From: Savitreella phatthalungensis
Taxonomy: Eukaryota
NCBI GenBank assembly: GCA_051599415.1
Contig: AP039692.1
Location: forward strand, 124,001 to 188,000
Length of the DNA: 64,000 nucleotides
Direction of reading: 5' to 3'
Position 1 is the stretch's first letter, and each line of letters opens with the position of its first letter. Shown here in pieces: positions 33,001-42,440 of this stretch. A program made the position numbers and the translations under genes. Under the pieces are notes generated by a model that made no database searches, was not told where the DNA came from, and worked only from the letters and a program-made list of their open reading frames with translations.

Positions 33001-33319
33001 ACGAGGCGGCGGTGGTGGCAGGTTCAACTACCGCGGAGTCAATCCTCAGGCGATGACTATGGATCCCGTCCAAATGATGAGTGATCTGTCACTTGCTGAT
33101 GGTATGCACCAGCAGCAGCAATATCAAGCGCTTCTTCAGCAACAACAACAGCAGCAACAACAACATCAGCGGCCGATACCACCACAGATGATATACGATG
33201 GCAGTGGTCAAGCATGGATCGATCCAGGTGTATACTATCCCGGCAACATGAGTCATGGTGGTCAGCAAGCTGGCAGAGCGCCCGGTGGTCCCACAGGCTA
33301 CGGTAGACGGCGGTACTGA
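30074..33319 (+). CDS. JSN1: Jsn1/Puf1-Puf2 class RRM + Pumilio-repeat RNA-binding protein, 1081 aa
   Basis: RRM PTRALWLGNVP...FGPIESARVLTHKSCAFVNF. PUF repeats ELSSDYLGNTVVQKLFE, HKNGTWAAQKII, DQFGNYVLQCCL, GRYGARAIRACLE. Confidence 0.9.
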   Translation: MTDSSTSQTQGTGDGFSSSTLAPAAGSGSATTAAGNPRVFPKRARQIQQEAGIASPFWQQQQQPSATPLGSVVAAQSGAIGTPIRNGSPADDYDSSSSRISSTHTTPEDRKQVSIAAAAAAAPGHHSPAAAQIGPLPPLSNSVARSRGRAGTLPSSFGSSPITAGATQMAPIGSAFYNSGSATPSRTEALRGGPQHPQLMDEMSPSARMRSSTLSHPMTTTNDGYASAFGPSIFSSTWSTRGATGQPLAFSPAQSQYSRGDDDQTPVRTLDYLGLAETPTPPRPMGGIPADYVGMTNVVGGMQPVYRRDPNRIRSYSVNNTEKYDDAAEYAGDRTDDYDEAANFIQMHNVSPSRPRSRTAGVLESPPSLRSKQYQHMQSHLGTSVTAADLEYEAATAAAGSGASQLPQGHHSFPGQHQEYYGQPAGPSDEVAFHLNHQQQSLQQQQQSFGSYGQSQQPTRALWLGNVPASTPSSTLVAMFSSFGPIESARVLTHKSCAFVNFDTLESAVIARSACRGKELFPGSGPARIGFAKVPSTLQATADAFASTQDPAEVAGGESAAAAAEQVEVPSLEMSRDELISLARQLGADGEELEEITSLVSRAVTSGSTYQPLGDLPEPSSSVRTFDAPRLRDIRKKIDNNVFGQAELEAIAQEMLDEVAELSSDYLGNTVVQKLFEACSVDIKCSLLERIAAHLPEIGAHKNGTWAAQKIIDCASSDREKELIVQSLARSAPALFLDQFGNYVLQCCLRFGLPHDNFLFEAMVACPWEIAQGRYGARAIRACLESHKTTRSQQRLLAAVIILHAPKLATSPNGALLLTWLLDTCTLPNRYVALAPHLASAIVPLCTHKLASLTVLKVVSQRAEEAARGIILDAVFPPDDTEDSVIHQILEEPAQGPTLLFKLITTPYLDPTLHTRTHDAIRRALLVQQRTSPVRYSAHVGIKRLMDEVGVSARNFTSDGSTRAGPVGNLGNGTSVRGGGGGRFNYRGVNPQAMTMDPVQMMSDLSLADGMHQQQQYQALLQQQQQQQQQHQRPIPPQMIYDGSGQAWIDPGVYYPGNMSHGGQQAGRAPGGPTGYGRRRY

Positions 33320-33456
33320 TGATTGCCATACATGCTCTCGTCCGTAGCCATACTTGACGCGTTCCAGCCGACGGCGCCTTTTTACAGACATTCCTATTAG
33401 ACAGACACAAACAAAAAAGGAAGAGACTTTGACTAGACGTCCATCCCGATCATGTT

Positions 33457-35085
33457 CTAAACGAGTTCTACAACGTCCTTGCTAATATCACCAGCCTCTA
33501 TTTCGCGGGCGAGGTTGTACAGCTGATCTAGGAAGTGTGGGACAAACGTGCCTGGGCCGTGACATGATTCGAGCGCGCCAGCTCGAGCGCCTGCGAGCTT
33601 GTACAGTGTGCATGCGGCGACGACTGCTGTGAAAACATCCCGGCCCTCCTCACTACCGACTGCGGCACCGACCGATGCAATCACACTACCAAGCGAGCAC
33701 CCACTGCCCGTAATACCGCCCATGAACGGATGTCCAGCGCGAACAACAGCCGTCCTCACCCCATCAGACACCACATCCACCGCACCCGTGATGACGACAA
33801 TATTGCGCCACGTCTTCGCACACGTCCTAGCTAGCTCAACACGCTCCTGATCCGCAGACGTCGACACGTTATCGACACCACGCATATCCGACGGCAGTCC
33901 TGCAGCACCACGGATCTCACCCTCGTTCCCCTTGACCACGGTCCAGTAGGCGGCGTCCAAGAGCTTCCTGACGGCGGAACGCCGGTAGGCTGTGGCTCCT
34001 GCGCCGACGGGGTCGAGTATTGTGAGATTGCCTGCGGCGTTGTGGGCTGCCGCGAGAGCGATAGCGGTGTCGAGTGATGCAGCGACCATGCCCATGTTGA
34101 GTAGAAACCCATTCGTCCTCCCATCACCACGCGCCAAAGCCAAATCCATACACTCCTCAGCAATCTCAGACATCACAGGCGACCCACCCACAGCAAGTGT
34201 AGCGTTAGCAGAAAAATTCTTCACGACGTTGTTTGTGTACTGGTGCACAAGTGGCGATCTTTCGACCGTTCGGCGGATCGCCCCGGCAAGGCGGGGGATG
34301 AACGAGTCGGTGTTGGTGGTGGTTGGTGGGAGGAAAGGTGAGAATGGGAGGTTGGCAGGGGTGTTTGTGAGGAGGCGTTTGAAGGCGGCGGATGCGTGGG
34401 ACGGTGTGGATGAGCACATGATTGCACTCACGAGCGCCACGCCATCGAGCGATCTGCGGCGGGTAGAATCGGCATCGGAGGACAAGTCAGCTGCAGAGGA
34501 AGCGTACATGACGCGCTCGATGTTGGCAGCATTCAATCCACCAATCGCCACTGTGCCGATCGAACCAGCAGGCAGGCCGAGAACGGTTTCCTCGTTCGCG
34601 ATCGCCCGAAGGATTGCTTGGACGCCAATCGGGCCGAGGGTCGGTTTGTCGAGCTTCTTGGTGGATGTGTCATAGACGGCACCGATGCCGACGTAGTCTG
34701 CACCGCCTCTGACTGCAGCCGTGGCTTCGTCAGGGGTGTTGACGCTGACGCCGATGATCTTGTCGTCCCCAAGGAGCAGGCGAGCATTGGACAGGGTCAT
34801 GTCGGATTGACCAACGTGGACGCCGTCTGCACCGACAACAAGGGCTACATCTACGCGGTCGTTGATCAGGAATGGGACACCTGCAGCTCGGCAGACCTGG
34901 AGCACTTCAGTGGCAAGTGCGATGAATGCACCTGTATCTAAGTCCTTCTCACGTAGCTGTACGATGTCCACTCCTCCTTTGATGGCAGCCTCCACATGAG
35001 AGTCAAGGGAGGAGGATGAGGGAGCGAGGAGGCCACTGTCAGTGACGAGGTAGAGGCAATTCTGTGGTAGCTTTGACTTTGGCAT
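33457..35085 (-). CDS. THI6: Bifunctional thiamine-phosphate synthase / hydroxyethylthiazole kinase, 542 aa
   Basis: TMP synthase LYLVTDS, VQLREK, LINDRVDVAL, DGVHVGQSD, AIGGLN. ThiM domain PLVHQYTNNVVKNFSAN, LDPVGAGAT, KGNEGEI, ITGSGCSLG. Confidence 0.95.
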   Translation of the reverse strand: MPKSKLPQNCLYLVTDSGLLAPSSSSLDSHVEAAIKGGVDIVQLREKDLDTGAFIALATEVLQVCRAAGVPFLINDRVDVALVVGADGVHVGQSDMTLSNARLLLGDDKIIGVSVNTPDEATAAVRGGADYVGIGAVYDTSTKKLDKPTLGPIGVQAILRAIANEETVLGLPAGSIGTVAIGGLNAANIERVMYASSAADLSSDADSTRRRSLDGVALVSAIMCSSTPSHASAAFKRLLTNTPANLPFSPFLPPTTTNTDSFIPRLAGAIRRTVERSPLVHQYTNNVVKNFSANATLAVGGSPVMSEIAEECMDLALARGDGRTNGFLLNMGMVAASLDTAIALAAAHNAAGNLTILDPVGAGATAYRRSAVRKLLDAAYWTVVKGNEGEIRGAAGLPSDMRGVDNVSTSADQERVELARTCAKTWRNIVVITGAVDVVSDGVRTAVVRAGHPFMGGITGSGCSLGSVIASVGAAVGSEEGRDVFTAVVAACTLYKLAGARAGALESCHGPGTFVPHFLDQLYNLAREIEAGDISKDVVELV

Positions 35086-35810
35086 TCTGAAAAGGACAAA
35101 GAGTAGAGAGAGAAGTCTGGATCAGTGATTTAGGTGTGGCAGCCAAGATGATCTGGTTAGAGCACCTGGCTAGAAACTGCTTCTGAGCTCTCGAGAGCTG
35201 TACAATGAATGAGCTGATCCCTAGGCCGATGTGAAACGTAGGGTGTATAGGACCTGTCTACTTTACGCGTAGTTTGTGCATCTTTGGATCAGCTGTATGG
35301 GTACGTGTGCATATGATCAGAGTGAGAGTGTGTGTGGAAGTGTATGTGTGCATGTGGGGAGAGTGTGTGCATGTAACGTATATATGATTGAATGAATATG
35401 AATGACTGAATGAATGAATTTATGTGACGTAGAGACAGACGTCCGTCCATACACTGTACGCAATTTGAGTGTGCATTGTATCTGGACTTGAAAAAACCTC
35501 CGTCATGTGATTCTGACGAATTAACATCGACATATGCAGCGTGCATATGATATCTGGTGCTCGGGTCGTTCAAACACGTGCAGGCCTGTGGATCATTCCG
35601 GCCTCGGTCTGGGCATACAAAGTTACAGTTCATCTACTATGCTATATAGATTCATGTAATTTATAATTTAATGATCTGACTTTGGGTCATCCAAATTCCC
35701 TGCATTGAACAGCTTTGGTAGAGTTTGATCAATTCTCGCTCAAGAATTTGTGCATCCAATCAATAACAAGAATTTCAGTTTTTTTTACCATTTGCTCGAT
35801 ATAGGGACTC

Positions 35811-35845
35811 AAGACAAGACAAGACAAGACAAGACAAGACAAGAC
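35811..35845. repeat. (AAGAC)7 microsatellite
   Basis: Read directly from the sequence. Confidence 0.95.
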
Positions 35846-35951
35846 AATGAAAAGGAAAGAAGCTTGCTTACCCGCATGGTGAAAAGATCTTTACCTTCCA
35901 TATCAATTAAATTTTCTGCATTATTGTGCATACTGGAGTAATTGAGTGAAG

Positions 35952-35987
35952 GAGTGAGTGAGTGAGTGAGTGAGTGAGTGAGTGAGT
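35952..35987. repeat. (GAGT)9 microsatellite
   Basis: Read directly from the sequence. Confidence 0.95.
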
Positions 35988-36375
35988 AGAGTCCATCGTG
36001 TCCGTGTGAGACAGACACAGAGAGTGTACACGCACTCCAATGACATCCACACAGCACACAGTACTCCATTCACACACCTACACCCTTACGCCTACCAATA
36101 GTCACCAACCCGCCAGGCCCACTGACGTCCACAGGGTCAGCCATCCACAACGGCTGCACCGACCACCTCCGCCAAACGCCAATCGTCACACCCTCGTGTC
36201 ATCTCCTACTTCAATAGTTGCGCTTGGCAATACCTTCTCAATCTTCCTCCTCGAGAAGAAAAAGAAGAAAAGGAAGTAACCAAACTCTTATTGAAGACCG
36301 CCCAAGCTGTCTTCCAACGCCTTTCACTCACACATCATTCCTCCAGCAGCTGCTACACCTACAACTCACGCGTTT

Positions 36376-36450
36376 ATGCCCGTGAGTCCTATCAGCAGCC
36401 CCTTCAGTCCTGTGCTTGACGATCCACACATCTCTGCCGATAGTGGCTGA
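36376..36450 (+). promoter_or_regulatory. Poor-context upstream ORF in the eIF5 leader (24 codons if unspliced)
   Basis: TTT-ATG-C at 36376 is the only ATG between 36043 and the eIF5 start. It is followed one codon later by donor-like GTGAGT (36382). Confidence 0.65.
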
Positions 36451-36531
36451 GACTAAAACTTTCTCTTCTGCCCTTTCCCTGCCCCATCTTTTAACACTCC
36501 AAGCGCCCCCTCTTACTAGGCCTTTCCAGCC

Positions 36532-37761
36532 ATGTCCAACATGATCAACATCCGAAGGGATGTCCAAGACACCTTTTACCGATACAAGATGCCTCGTCTC
36601 CAATCAAAGATCGAAGGCAAAGGTAACGGTATCAAGACCGTGATCCCAAACATGAGCGACATTGCCAAGGCACTTGCTAGGCCGGCGCTCTACACGACCA
36701 AGTACTTTGGTTTCGAGCTCGGTGCACAGGTCATCGTCTCTCCTGATGTGGACCGATACATCGTCAATGGCGCTCATGACGCTGGCAAGCTTCAAGACTG
36801 CCTCGACGGCTTCATCGACAAGTTTGTCCTCTGCAAGGCTTGCAAGAACCCAGAGACAGAGCTCGTCGTCAACAGCAAGACTGGCGACATCATCCGCGAC
36901 TGCAAGGCTTGCGGCAAACAGACGCCAGTCGACCTCCGCCACAAGCTCGCCAACGTCATTGTCAAGAATCCGCCAGAGAAGAAGAAGAAATCGAAGAAGG
37001 ACAAGGCTGCAAAGAAGAAAGAAGCATCGGACGAAGATGACGGTGAAGAGAATGGAGACATCGATGCCGGTTCTGACGACGAGCTCACCCGATCGATCCA
37101 GATGGCAGCTGCACAACTGCCAGCTAACGGATCCAAGGATGACGACGTCAAGTGGTCAGTCGACACATCGGAGGCTGCTGTCAAGGCTCGCGTCGCTGGC
37201 CTCGCCGACGGCGTCGACAAGCTTGTCCTTGCTGGAGGCGATGACGATGACGACGACGATGCAGGCGGGGAGACCAACTACGACGTCCTCGGCAACTGGA
37301 TCGAGGAGAACAAGGCGACGTGTTCCGACATTGAGATCTACAAAAAGGCACAAGAGCTCGAGATTGAGTCAAAACACAAGACACTTGCAGTCCTCGTCCA
37401 ATGCCTCCTCGACAAAGACATCCTCAAGCAGATTCCCAAGCACGCGCCACTCTTCTCCAAGCTCAAGACATCAGACAGGCATGAAAAGGCGTTGCTCGGT
37501 GGTCTCGAGCGCGTGGTTGGTCAACTCCATCCTGAGCTTCTGCCTGGCACGTCCAAGATCCTGATGATCCTGTACGAGCACGACCTCTTGACTGAGCCCG
37601 TGGTGGAGAAGTGGGGTGCGAAGGCATCAAAGAAGTACGTTGACAAGGACACCTCAAAGAAGATTCGTAAGGCCGCAGAACCATTCCTCCAATGGCTCGC
37701 AGAAGCAGAAAGCGATGAGGATGACAGCGACGAGGAGGATGACGAAGACGATGACGAGTAA
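36532..37761 (+). CDS. TIF5: Eukaryotic translation initiation factor 5, 409 aa
   Basis: INIRRDVQDTFYRYKMP..QSKIEGKGNGIKTV, zinc ribbon CKACKNPET/CKACG, and W2 domain ending PFLQWLAEAESDE. Confidence 0.97.
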   Translation: MSNMINIRRDVQDTFYRYKMPRLQSKIEGKGNGIKTVIPNMSDIAKALARPALYTTKYFGFELGAQVIVSPDVDRYIVNGAHDAGKLQDCLDGFIDKFVLCKACKNPETELVVNSKTGDIIRDCKACGKQTPVDLRHKLANVIVKNPPEKKKKSKKDKAAKKKEASDEDDGEENGDIDAGSDDELTRSIQMAAAQLPANGSKDDDVKWSVDTSEAAVKARVAGLADGVDKLVLAGGDDDDDDDAGGETNYDVLGNWIEENKATCSDIEIYKKAQELEIESKHKTLAVLVQCLLDKDILKQIPKHAPLFSKLKTSDRHEKALLGGLERVVGQLHPELLPGTSKILMILYEHDLLTEPVVEKWGAKASKKYVDKDTSKKIRKAAEPFLQWLAEAESDEDDSDEEDDEDDDE

Positions 37762-39258
37762 GGAAGCGCACCTGGCCTCTTATTACTCATTTCATTCAAT
37801 TTTCAGCTCAGCAACCCTCTTCTCATACACTTCCTATGGATCAGACCATGATAAATAGCTCAATGAATCAAAACCCCCCTTTGCCCAAATTCACATGTCT
37901 TTTTGACTCGAGCAACGATTGACGGATCTGTTACCTCGGACCACCCAGCTCTGCCGGATCAATGCTCTATGTCATGAGATTAATGTCTACAAGGATGAGT
38001 TTGATGCGTCACAAGGACACAAGACTTGACCGAAGGACATACTGATGGACCTCGGCAAAGTAGGCGGAGCTGGAGGATCGCCCATGCATGTTGTCCTACC
38101 CAGTGCTGTGCATTCTACGGCAGCTGTCATTACCTTATTGGTGATCCACGCGCACTGTAGAAAGACATAAATTATATCCGAAGCTAGCCGAGGGAAAATC
38201 ATTTTTAATCAAATTTGAATGAGTGTTGCACATGCATGTGGGACCCTTTTGACAGCTGATCAACCATTTCAACAGAGTTTTAATAAGATAATCAAATTCT
38301 ATTGCGGCAGAATCCAATCCTCACATCATCACCATCAACATCATCAATTAAATTAATTCTGTATAGCGTCACTCAATTGAAGCCAGTCAATTGAGCTAAG
38401 GAAAAACTTCCGATCTACTGTACACCCAATTAGTACGTACAGTAGACAGTACGTACAGTAGCTACGTTACGCCGCATGAGGTGTCATACCGCACACGCGC
38501 CCACCGATGCACACACATGCACGTCTATAGAACACCTACACCGTATCCTATATAGGACAATCTGGCACAGACGCACAGATTAGATAGTCTTGAGTCGCCG
38601 TTCTAATGTGCTAGTAGACTAGCTTGTCATCTACAACCACAACTGGCCTTCCGTCGATCTGAATCACAGCGCTTCCCGATCATCAACACGTATCCAGCGC
38701 ATCCATTCGGAATACTCATATCGCCTATATCACTACCAGCCGCTCAAGCTAGGCAGTCATCAACAGCATCGCTTACACTGCAGGAGATCTTGGAACCCCT
38801 TTTCAGAGCATTCCGCAAAGCAACCACGCTAGTTGTGACCCTCAATCCGAGACAACAGCTGAGCACATCATCTCCCACGCGCCCAGAAACACCACCTGGG
38901 TAGTATCTTAAGCGAAGGCAAGACGCGTGGAAAGTGACGCTTAAGGAGAACTGCTCGACAGGCGGATCATACCTCTTCCGATCGTCCAGCTCAACCGTGT
39001 TTCTGAACCTTCTCTGGCAGCGCATCAGTGGTTCCGCTGTTGATCCACACTTCTGCGTAACACTGCCTGCGATCTCTTCCAATTTTGCGACAAGATCACG
39101 CGATCAATCACTGGTGGCCTGAGCAAGCACTAGCAGTCCCTTTCGCCGCCTCACTCCCCTGCCGTTGCCTTGAAAAAAGCGCCTCAGTCTCCCGGCTTCA
39201 GTTTGCTGTACATTGATTGACACACTCATCATATCATACTCACAGTCTTCTGTCAGAG

Positions 39259-42183
39259 ATGAACAACGACGATGAAGACATGTCTTCAGAGACCTCAAGT
39301 CAGGACGAAAACTCCAACGACAACCCCGCATCGGCTGTGGAAGGCGGTAACAAGCAGAACCCTGCACAATCAAGCTTCCGTGCGTGTGAATCATGTCGCT
39401 CACGCAAAGTACGCTGTGTCATGAACGTGCCTGGTGGACCCTGCGAATATTGCGCAAAGCATCGCGCTCAGTGTATTCAGCTCGAGCCACAGCCAAAACG
39501 GAAGCGGAAATCCACAGCCAACGAACTCAAGAGTCGTGTAGACGTCCTCGAACGACAGCAGCTACAGGATGCTCTGAAACCAAAATAAGCGCATGCGGAC
39601 GGCTGACACCGTTCAACCACCCGCTGGATATCCACCACCACCATCGCAGCAGTCGCAATCACAACCATTGGCTCCGCAGCCGGGCTTCGCATCACCCGTA
39701 CATGGCTACGACGCTGCATGCAGCCGCTGCCGCTGCAGCCGCAAACAGCCATGGGTAAAGCCCATGTGTACGAACTCCCAAGACCACAATATCCTGGATC
39801 TCGACCGGGAAGCACGATGCCAGCGCCATCACATCCTTCAGGACCAACAATGCTCATGCCACAACCAGGTGATCCGCGGATACAGCCGCCTAGCCAGCTA
39901 TCTCAGCACAGCTACCCCGGTCAGAGCACTGGCTACTCTCCAGCAGCTCGATACGATCGTATTCTTCCTCAGATTCAGTACGGTCGAGCTGGTAATGTCG
40001 GTCCGCAGCCACCACCTTTCAATATGGATCTTTCAGGCGACAACGGTATTTCCTCTCCGAGCAACTTCCAAGCCCTTTCGTCATCGGACGGCTCTCGTCC
40101 CAGTCCTGTGGCAGCAAGTCCTCATACCGGATTTCAATCGTCCCTCGTAGCTGGCGGCGGAGGCAGCGGCAGTTCTCCGCATAGCTCGTCTGATACCTTG
40201 ACTACGACGGTTGGTGAAAAGCTGCTTGGTCCAGTGGCTGGCATGGATGCAGACTTCTTCGCCTCGTTCATCAAGCGCGGTCTAGCTACACAGGAAGATT
40301 CGAAGCTCGACCCAGCAAAGTCACAACTCTACGAGCGCCTTTTCCGCGTCTCGAACGATCCAGCCCTACCAATTTACAAAATCGCCTTCGTCGACCAAGA
40401 CGCCATGTTTGAGTACGAGCACAGGATTGCACAGCTCGATCCCAAACTCGTCAACGATCTCCAGCGTAGCTACGACGCTTATGGTACGGAGATCGTCGAG
40501 ACTTTTGCTCGCAAATTCGCCACTCACTATCGCGTCGATCCTGCAATGCTGAAAACGTCGGTAGCCGAGGCAGCGGCGCATCGTCGGCTCTCCTTCCTGT
40601 GCGCCGCCTGCGCTCTCGGTGCTATGGCCGTTGACTCATGGCCGCTCCGCAAACGCATCGCCATTGCCCAGTCCTGGCACCAGTACAACATGACCTGTAT
40701 CGGATATGAGCTACGGCAGTCGACGCCAGAATTCATCAAGGCAATCGTCATGACAGCTGACTTTCCCTTGCAGGAAATCACGTCGACAGGTCTCATGGCA
40801 GCAGTCGACAAGGCGCTCGAGATGAAACTTCACATCGATCCGCGCCATTGGCGCATTTCAGAAAGCGAGAAATCCGAACGTCGGCGCCTGTGGTCAATGC
40901 TTCTAACAAAAGAACGACTATGTACACTATTCTACTCACGGCCGACCATCTCCTCGGACGCCTACGACACCGCTTTGCCAACGGCCACCACTCGCAGCGA
41001 TGAAGCAGCTTTGATCATGCACGAGGCCGCGCGGATCATCAGCGATATCATGACGGCGCTCTACTCGATCAAGGGAGCGCGACTGCTCCATGACAATCAG
41101 TTTGTCGCGCGACTCCTATCGAAACAATTCTGTGAGCAGGCGGTAGTCCTAAGAGTGAAGTTCCTCAAGATGTTCCCAGCATTCGAGCATATGCCCGATG
41201 CAGCGCTCAGTCTCGAAGCTGCATTCTGTCTCCTCCACATCGAGTTCTGCATTGTGCTGGCGACCCGAGCACTTGCGCACGCACCAAAGCTACCAGAAGT
41301 CGACAAGCTGGAAAACACCCATCAGCTTGTACTCGGCTGTGTGAGCATCTGCGAGCTGATCTTCCGCATGCCCGATAGCTTCTTCTCGGAAGTATGGATG
41401 CCAAGCTGCTGCTATATCCTCATGCAAGTCACCTTCGAGCTCCTTCGCGCCCTTACGGGACAACTCGATGATCAAACCCGAGAGCTCGCTCACGATGCGC
41501 TCGATCGCCTGATCAAGCTTGGCGTGCGCATGGGCGACAAGTGGCATTCAGCCAAACATCTGATCCCTCTCATGCGACTCCGCCCTGTCCTCCTCGATAG
41601 ACCTGACCTACAGATGTTGCAGGAAACAGCTGAAATTTTGAAGCATCACTACAACTACGACACAAGGCGTTCAGCACGATCAGTGACGTCTGCACCGAGA
41701 GCAAAGCATCCAAAACAGTCGCATTCTTCTTCTGGTCCGCTCAAGGCTGATGACCTCGATAGTGGCCACGGCTCCAATCTCGGATCGCGCGGCAACACAA
41801 CGCCGCGCATGTCTGTCTTGCAGCAGCAGGCCATCAACAACGGTGGCGATCACGGACCAGGTAGTACTGGCTCAGGATCTCACAGCGCGTCCAACAGCAT
41901 CAGCGGTGGCTGTGGCGCTTTCCCGTGTCCCGACAGCAACGAACTTTCGCCATGGCAGATGAACGACATATGGCCCCTGCCTCCTGCCGGCGCAACCTTT
42001 GCCCCCGGTCCAGGCGCAGAGTGGGACGATTTCAGCCAACTCCTAGGCCTCGCAACACCCGGAGCTATGTTCCCCGCAGCAGACTACCTAGGCGCATGGT
42101 CCATGCCAATGGCAATGCCAATCACTGCACCGCAGCCTCAACCTCAGCAACCGCAGCAACAGCAGCCCCCACCACGTCACTGA
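39259..42183 (+). CDS. Zn(II)2Cys6 transcription factor with fungal TF middle-homology region; reading frame interrupted at 39583-39758
   Basis: ACESCRSRKVRC......PCEYC......C plus coiled coil in 39259-39588. LEMKLHIDP......SEKSERRRLWSML..ER in 39718-42183. The two parts join into a coherent 973-aa protein by three +1 steps. Confidence 0.8.
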
Positions 42184-42440
42184 GACGTTCCATAGTCTCC
42201 TGTATACTCTAGCATCTAATATTGAACATGTATATCTGTCGGGCTGGTTGATCTGCAACTGGGTACTACCCAATTGCTAGTGACTATGGCACGGTGTGTT
42301 GCAGCTGTGCATGTGATTGAAGCTTGAAAGATAAAACGCCAATTAGCCGCGGATCAATCGAGATAAGGATATATCTATTCGGAGATTCCCACGCGTATCG
42401 ACAGATAGATGTGAATGATGATGACTACAGACCCTATCTA

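Noticed and set aside
35086..35700. TPP riboswitch upstream of the thiamine biosynthesis gene
   Set aside because: No recognisable TPP aptamer core (GCTGAGA...CCTGA...GCG.AGGGA) on the minus strand.
36662..37564. 300-aa alternative-frame ORF inside eIF5
   Set aside because: Ser/Thr/Arg-rich product expected from high GC3 codon bias in the +1 frame.
39409..39868. Introns as an explanation of the TF frame breaks (GTACGC 39409, GTACAT 39698, GTAAAG 39755)
   Set aside because: The first would delete half of the Zn cluster. The others lie downstream of the first stop, and the best GTAAAG..CAG candidate (114 nt) does not change frame.
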